Assembly: GCA_051941275.1 (NCBI GenBank)
Contig: JAVEBF010000065.1
Span: forward strand, 1-36,173
From: Dirinaria sp. TL-2023a
Lineage: Eukaryota
Reading direction: 5' to 3'
DNA length: 36,173 nt
Every line of letters begins with the position of its first letter. Position 1 is the first letter of the stretch. Below the pieces are notes generated by a model, which saw only the letters and a program-made list of their open reading frames with translations, had not been told where the DNA came from and made no database searches. Shown piece after piece: positions 33,661 through 36,173 of this stretch. A program made the position numbers and the translations under genes.

Positions 33661-34979
33661 GTTGAAATGTAAGAACTCAATAGCAAGATGCTGTATTGGT
33701 GGTGAAAGGCTGACTCTCGAGAACAAAGCTGATCATTCAAAGTTGATGGTAAAGAGTTGAAGACAGAGAAGTCCTGAAACCCCCAGCAAAGAGTAGTAAT
33801 GGAAAGAAAAGCATTTTCAGTCAAGTAATGGGTAATGCTCCTGGGTAATGCATCCAGCAAAAACAAGCTTTGCTCCGAAATCTGTTGTCTTACATTGAAA
33901 TACTTATATTTCTTCTCAAAGGAAGGAAAGTCTTGTCACTGCTTTGATAATTTGTTTGGTTAACTGAAGAACGAATTGCTAAAACAATTCATAGATGCCA
34001 TGGGAAACCTGGAGAATAACCATGAGATACGTTGTGCGTTGGAAACGTGGACGAGGGAAGCCCCTAAGCCAGAAAATAACAGTACATACCTCTACAGCAG
34101 GATCAGATTACTCCCACTGTGACCTCACGGCAGTAAAGCCTTCATTTGCGCAAACCGAAGGTTGTCACAGACGATATTATTGCCCTTGCTTCCAGTTGAT
34201 GGCTCATCGCAGGAAATCTGAGCTACAATCCAGACCACGATGCTGGTCGCTCGACTCATCGAATTCGGCTTTCTCTTTGAGATGATAGAGAAAACCCAAC
34301 ATTTTCAGTGATCTTTCCACTTGCAGTTTCTGCAGACATGGAAATGGGTGGGAAATCTTGTGCATTCAAGAGAGGATTTCGCTCGGCGAGCGCAAGCTGT
34401 ACACTAAGGGCGTAGGACCCGAGCTCGAAACTGAATAGGATGTCGTTTATGTACGAAAGATGGTGAGCGCTCATCTGAAACGGCTCGATCGATCCAGGAG
34501 AAACTCTATATAATGATCTTCTTCTGCCACAGCGAGAAGGCCTGCGTCAGAGCGCCCAGCCGAGTGAGTCCGCTGAGGTTCGTCCACTTGGTCTTTCCCA
34601 AATTATCAAAAAAATGGATGGATGATTACCTTTTCTGGTAGCTAGACGCAGCTAGATAGATCATTTGGGGGAAGGGGAAATAAGCGAGACAGAAATCGTC
34701 TGATGAATGGCTTTTCTAGAGTTCAACGTATTAGTTTTTGTTGATTTAGTAAGATGAAGCGACCCACATTTCAAAATGACTTCGGATTATCTGAATTGCA
34801 ATCATGTCACGACAAATGAAACACTGAAGTTTGTGATTTAAACAACATATCGCTTTTTGCTTGGTAAAGTAATAGTTGTGATCATCTAGCTGTGATTTGG
34901 GAACCGAGTTTTGCGTGGGTAGAAAGTTTGGTGTTGTAAAGTTTTGATGAGCGTTCGATGTGGAAGCAATGCGTGATCA

Positions 34980-35245
34980 ATCCAAAGTATGAGAAATTGA
35001 AGAATTTCCAGTCCCAGAACGAACCAAGGATCCCCCATGGCCAAGGTTGATTGCCTCGACCATGAAGGCCAAGCTGCCGGTGTTGACGACAATGTCGACA
35101 TCTTTGGCTTTCCTAGTTGAGCCTCCATGGACAATGGTGGCCACTGCGCTGTAGAAAAAGTGACTTCTTGTCAGTATCGCAGGTGACAAACCTCTGTACG
35201 ATTACCTTCTGATGAGAGTCTTCCCGTAGGAGGGAGATTTCCATC
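34980..35245 (-). pseudogene. Possible nucleotidyltransferase (Pol-beta superfamily/AbiEii-like) gene relic
   Basis: SAVATIVHGGSTRKAKDVDIVV resembles the GGxA...HGxxRxTxDxDh motif, but the leading GG and the Thr are missing. A stop follows soon after. Confidence 0.4.
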
Positions 35246-36173
35246 TTCTTGAACCTTTGATTTTCATACTCTTCTTTTCTGGCTGATAATTGTCGAGCGA
35301 CCTCTGCCCTCTTTAGTCAATCGTCCAGAGATAACTGTGCAACACCTATCCTCTGAAGGAACTTCTACTGAGAAGGCAAATGCTTCTGCTTGGCCGAAAA
35401 TGCGATTGGCTTTGTGCTAGATATGAGCATATTGAGTGAGATGATGAATCAAGACGATTATAGGCCCAAAGGAATAGTTCGCTCTTGCTATTTCTCGTTA
35501 CCATGCCGAAACTTTTTTTCCTTCTTGAGTACTGATTCGATGAGACCACGAGCTTAATACTGGTGGCTTTTTAAATGCTCAAATATCCTTGAAGAATGCA
35601 GCTTTGCTATCGGCGGCCAGCAGAGACTCTAAAGATCATCATCATCGAGCTCTGTGAAAGTTTGAGCGCGGTTCTTAGAGCCAGCTTCGTGACACTTATT
35701 AGAGCATTGTCAATTGTTTGGCGTGATGCCTCTCCAGAAGAATCCTGCAAATCCTTTATACATATCTTCAAGCCAATGTTTCAACGGTGAAACGGACATG
35801 AAAAGAGTCTGTGGTCCTTGTTAATACTGGACAAGCTGCCACATTGCGACTCAAAATTCGAGTAGAGACGGTTTGACACTAACTCCCGGTCTTTGCAACC
35901 AAGCTTAGATATGGTTTTAAGATTTTGAAGCTATGGAGCGTGTGAAATTAGTGTAGGTCTTTGACATAGAATGGGAAGCCTTTCCACTAATTTGAATCGA
36001 TGAAAAGGGGGCGTGAAGCGAACAAGAAGAAACTTGAGAAGTCAAATGAAACAATGCTCAAATTCTTCGGCACCAATTGAAAGACAAAGAAGAGAACTTC
36101 AAAAATCATCTTAAATCGCGTAGAACTTAAGACCTAACTTGCAGTAGCCGTTGGTAATAAATCTAGTCTCAAG

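Noticed and set aside
33120..33866. 248-aa ORF as an intact gene
   Set aside because: TTG start. Only the central part is family-like and it switches frame; the rest has the F/S/I-rich composition of mutated DNA.

Overview
This is eukaryotic DNA from a filamentous ascomycete (Pezizomycotina-like), judged from short GT..CTRAY..YAG introns and fungal-type ERG20 and CDC23 genes. The six-frame ORFs therefore have to be spliced; I built all gene models by hand. Positions 1-26.4 kb hold apparently intact genes, in order: the first exon of a probable Pmp3/RCI peptide running off the left edge; an uncharacterised protein with two apparent alternative first exons; a YjbQ/UPF0047 protein; two tandem BTB/POZ proteins; a stand-alone 5-exon IucA/IucC (NRPS-independent siderophore-type) synthetase; a probable GPI-anchored cupredoxin; a secreted Cys-rich DPBB/3D-like protein lying between two unusual repeat arrays; CDC23 head-to-head with ERG20; and a 611-aa low-complexity orphan with a three-fold internal repeat. 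From about 26.7 kb to the end is a graveyard of minus-strand gene relics (SNF2-type helicase, a GC-rich CxxC gene fragment, a possible caspase-like family fragment, a possible nucleotidyltransferase fragment). It shows heavy C->T/G->A decay that seems to spare CpG (strong TCGA excess), suggesting RIP-like mutation with a non-canonical context. The best leads are the orphan NIS synthetase, the higher-order repeat array with Helitron-3'-end-like units, the foldback repeat array, and the unusual mutation signature. All family assignments come from motif recognition; no searches were run.
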